The notes under the pieces: generated by a model
What the model was told of the DNA's origin: nothing
The model's input: the letters and a program-made list of their open reading frames with translations, nothing else
Databases searched by the model: none
Shown here: positions 63,533-64,000 of the stretch, piece after piece
Layout of the letters: every line of letters starts with the position of its first letter
How positions within the stretch are numbered: position 1 is the stretch's first letter
Assembly: GCA_964016885.1 (NCBI GenBank)
Contig: OZ024745.1
Coordinates: 12,772,001 to 12,836,000 of the forward strand
Source of the DNA: Eledone cirrhosa
Lineage: Eukaryota
Length of the DNA stretch: 64,000 nucleotides
Direction: 5' to 3'
Program-made: the position numbers and the translations under genes

Positions 63533-64000
63533 AGATTACATCTATATATATATACACATGCATATATATATACATACATACATACACATATACATATATA
63601 CAAATACATATATACATGCATATATATATACATATACAATATGTATAGGATTCCTTTCCCTTTGAGCACATAATTTACAGGGAATAACGCGACTCTATGG
63701 CTCCGTTAATTTATCTTCATATATACATATATATACATACACACACACATATATATACATACACACATATGCATACACACACATGCATACACACATATAT
63801 ACATACACACACATATACATACACACACATATACATACACACATATATACATACACACACATATATATAGATTCATACATACATACACACACACATATAT
63901 ATATATATGTATAAAGTACTTGACGATGAGCATTCTAGTTGTTCAATAAACTGATTGAATAATACAAACGATGTTTTAATATACAGATTCATTATTTGCG

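Overview
AT-rich, repeat-dense animal genomic DNA. The SINE families, microsatellite load and gene structure suggest an octopus or other coleoid cephalopod (inference). Almost all long ORFs in the supplied track are repeat artefacts. By reading splice sites I found two real, divergently oriented spliced genes. (1) A minus-strand gene whose C-terminal CAP-Gly domain (GKHDG motif) is split over phase-compatible exons at 5990-6164, 1560-1741 and 588-633. (2) A plus-strand PLP-dependent serine/threonine dehydratase/racemase-family gene with six exons (26747-39665), which lacks the central exon(s) and has a phase clash. The rest is transposon debris (RTE, CR1, Penelope-like GIY-YIG, Tc1/mariner, hAT, Helitron/Helentron-like, SINEs) and many minisatellites, several visibly amplified from transposon sequence. 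The most striking signal is a set of hammerhead-ribozyme elements. One is a 593-nt unit present as two different circular permutations in inverted orientation, carrying a type I hammerhead with a compensatory U3-A8 core (18284-19545, retrozyme/circRNA-like). Others are a minimal hammerhead in a Penelope pLTR (63457-63495) and fold-back half-hammerhead elements (4246-5715). A 5.4-kb palindromic 49-bp satellite sits in an intron of the dehydratase gene.
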